From the NCBI GenBank assembly GCA_010909165.1, contig VJWM01000019.1, forward strand, positions 1,612,001-1,676,000: a stretch of DNA of 64,000 nucleotides. The letters run 5' to 3'. The notes under the pieces were generated by a model. It saw nothing but the letters and a program-made list of their open reading frames with translations. It was not told where the DNA came from and searched no databases. This DNA comes from Anthoceros angustus. Taxonomy: Eukaryota > Plantae > Anthocerotophyta. The translations under genes and the position numbers were made by a program. Position 1 is the first letter of the stretch. Every line of letters begins with the position of its first letter. Below, piece after piece: positions 61,601 to 64,000 of this stretch.

Positions 61601-61940
61601 GCGGACAAGTTCCTCCCATCCACTCGTCGATGCATGACACCCATCAGAACAACGACCCAGCGGATATAAACTACATTGAAGGAGCAGCAATCGCTTGAGC
61701 TACCTCGTATCCTCATCGGTATGGGTGGAGTGGAGCATGGTGTGACGTTCACGTCTCGCGGAACGCGAACGAGCCACCACAACCAGAGCAACAAACAAGG
61801 AGGTGGGCAAATTAGTATGAGACATCGGAGAACAAGCAGCTGGATGCCTTAGCGTCGAATATTTCCAGCATTCACTGTTGGAGAAGATCTACCTATCAAG
61901 TGCCGGATCCGACGCCGCCGTCATTTGCTGGCGGACATAA

Positions 61941-64000
61941 ATGTTGCGGCTTTTGCCGTTTGGTATCGGGAATCATTTAATGCAGGCACAGAACACCACG
62001 CCTGGAAAACATGGGCACCCGTTTTACGTAAAACCATGGCAAAGCAAGCGGGTGCCGAAAATTAGGGTTCCCAGAAAAATGGACACCTGTCAAACGCGGT
62101 GGCGATTACCGTCTGCCGCAGTTTTTAACCCCGGCCCTGACCTTTTTAGGGCAGTTCAACCTTACCGTAATGGAGCGTCCATCACGGCCTACACCGTGTT
62201 CACCAAGCCTGTGAGTTGCGCTCCACTTAGCGTGACGTCGGGATTGCGCCGCCCACGCCGCTTGTTCGTGATTTTTGTCAATTGCACGCGCCTGACTTCG
62301 TGCGGTGCGCGCATCCCACCTCCTTTTGCATTGAGGGAGAAGGGGGTAGTCACCGTAATCAGCTGCGCACATGCGGTATGGCAAGTGGGCGGTAGAAGGA
62401 ATTGGGGGCGAAGAAGAAACCCGCATGTAGACAAACCAAAACGTCGGAAGAGACCAAAAGGGAAGAAGGCGGGCTACCACGCAAAGGAGCCGTGCGTGGG
62501 TGGATGCACACCAAAGTTCGAGCCGACCGGTGTTCCAATTCGGGAGCACATTCTTCAAAAGCTAATGCCGATGTATCAGCCTGAACTCTCGGGATCCGGT
62601 CGGCAAAGGTGAGCCTAAGGGAGGCGGGAGGGAAATCGAGATGGCCAAGTCACAAAAGCCAGGCTGGATTCTAATCCTCACCTTTTACGTTTGAGGCTGT
62701 TCAATTCTGCGACACACTAAGATTGATGAGACAATTCTCGGAGAAGGGACATGACCGCAGAGCTCAAGAAGACAATGTGGTGTGGACACCCATGCTGAAA
62801 TTGTGGATTTATGGCCACAATGGTGCTGCCGAATCGAGGGTGGGTATGTGGTCCGGCAACTTTGATAGAAGCGGAAGGAGATCCGGATATTCACTCTGGT
62901 GACTTCAAAGCCTTATGGGTTTGAAGCTTTGCCTGGAAGATTACAGTGTGTTCGTGTTGAGCATAGCTTGCACGAAAAAGAGCCACGAAGGCTATCTCTT
63001 AAATTCGGAAGCTCTTCGATAGGATTGTAAGTGTGTGTCTTTGGAAGTCATTGATTTTGAAGTTTTGGAACATCATTGCATCCACTTAACACTTTTGGCA
63101 CTTCTAACGCTTGGGCGTAATGCAAGGAATTTTTATCGATGCTTATGTGAGGTGATTACAAGTTCTATCATCAATCACCGCCGGAGATGTCTTTAGAAGG
63201 ACCAGTGGCTATCTCGACTATGAACCGGAAGGAGATGAGGACGAGGCGCAGTATGGACCCTCGTGAAGAGGATGGCCCTATGAGTCTTGGTCGCAGATGA
63301 CGAAATGTCGGAGGAGGACGGATAAGAGGACTAGAATGGAATTTGCTTCCATAATGCTCGGGCATCCATGCCGGGTGCCCACTATTCCTTCCAATCCAGA
63401 TGAGGACATGGGTCGCAAAGTGGGGAATTGCTGTGATACATGGAGTTGGGTACCCCAGTGCATCGGGTTTATATCGTGGTATGAAGGCATGGGAGGAAAC
63501 ACGATAATTTTTGAAGGGGGATATCGACTTCGGCCGAGACAAGACCCCCTTGTCACTTAAGAACACCTTACCTAGAACAAAGATATGTGCCCTACTTTGA
63601 TAATGCACACACCCTTTCCGAGGTCATATCTTTGATAAAAGATGCACTTTCAAGTCTACACCCGAGAACCGGAGCATGAGGGTGTGGGCCCGCTTATGCT
63701 TTAGTAGAATGCATAGAGGGCTGCCATTTTCATATGTTTATTACAACCGAAAACTTTTACTTTCAAGTGGTGGAACACAATGAAAACAATCTGTACTAGC
63801 GGAGTCTCATTTAAGTGGTCGTGAGAACATTGCAACAAACAATCAAGGAGGAAGTGGTCATCAAGATCGACAATAGCCATTCAAGAGTGCGGCCCGGCGA
63901 CTCATCCATGCGCCGAACCGAGTCACCACCGCCATATTCGAGGCGGTCCATATCCTCCGCCTCGAAGTTGTCGCTCTCTCCATTGCTTGCTCGTCTTCAA
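61941..64000 (+). other. Unresolved, probably TE-derived degenerate coding sequence
   Basis: Broken ORF-like segments with no recognisable family, adjacent to the transposase. Confidence 0.3.

Overview
Intron-rich eukaryotic nuclear DNA from a green plant. Compact genes, introns of roughly 70-130 bp, nuclear SufB, a PLS-type PPR fragment and CRE-like LINE fragments suggest a non-seed land plant, possibly a hornwort (inference only). (1) 1-23.4 kb: the 5' part of an intron-containing, cyanobacterial-type ArnT/GT-C glycosyltransferase gene. Its 1.9-kb 5' segment occurs three times, separated by two copies of a ~8.95-kb nest of degenerate Ty1/Copia elements (A-TE-A-TE-A, period ~10.7 kb). (2) 23.5-47.5 kb: a dense gene block with an unknown membrane protein, RsmI, mitochondrial uL1, SufB, a conserved unknown protein, NDUFB4, FPG/MutM with mutually exclusive exons, a DedA/VTT protein, HOP2 and ferredoxin. 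It is interrupted by a patchwork of duplicated neighbouring 3' ends (27.2-28.5 kb) and by three TATGG...CCATA TIR elements with 6-bp TSDs; swapped TSDs suggest a 1.2-kb inversion (34.1-36.75 kb). (3) 47.5-55 kb: a decaying tandem array of ZAS/CCD10-like carotenoid cleavage dioxygenase genes. (4) 56.3-64 kb: a CRE-like LINE fragment and a degenerate DUF7869/Sola-like DNA transposon. Repeats carry many small indels that resemble long-read consensus errors, so frameshift and copy-number calls need read-level confirmation. No tRNA, rRNA or CRISPR array was seen.
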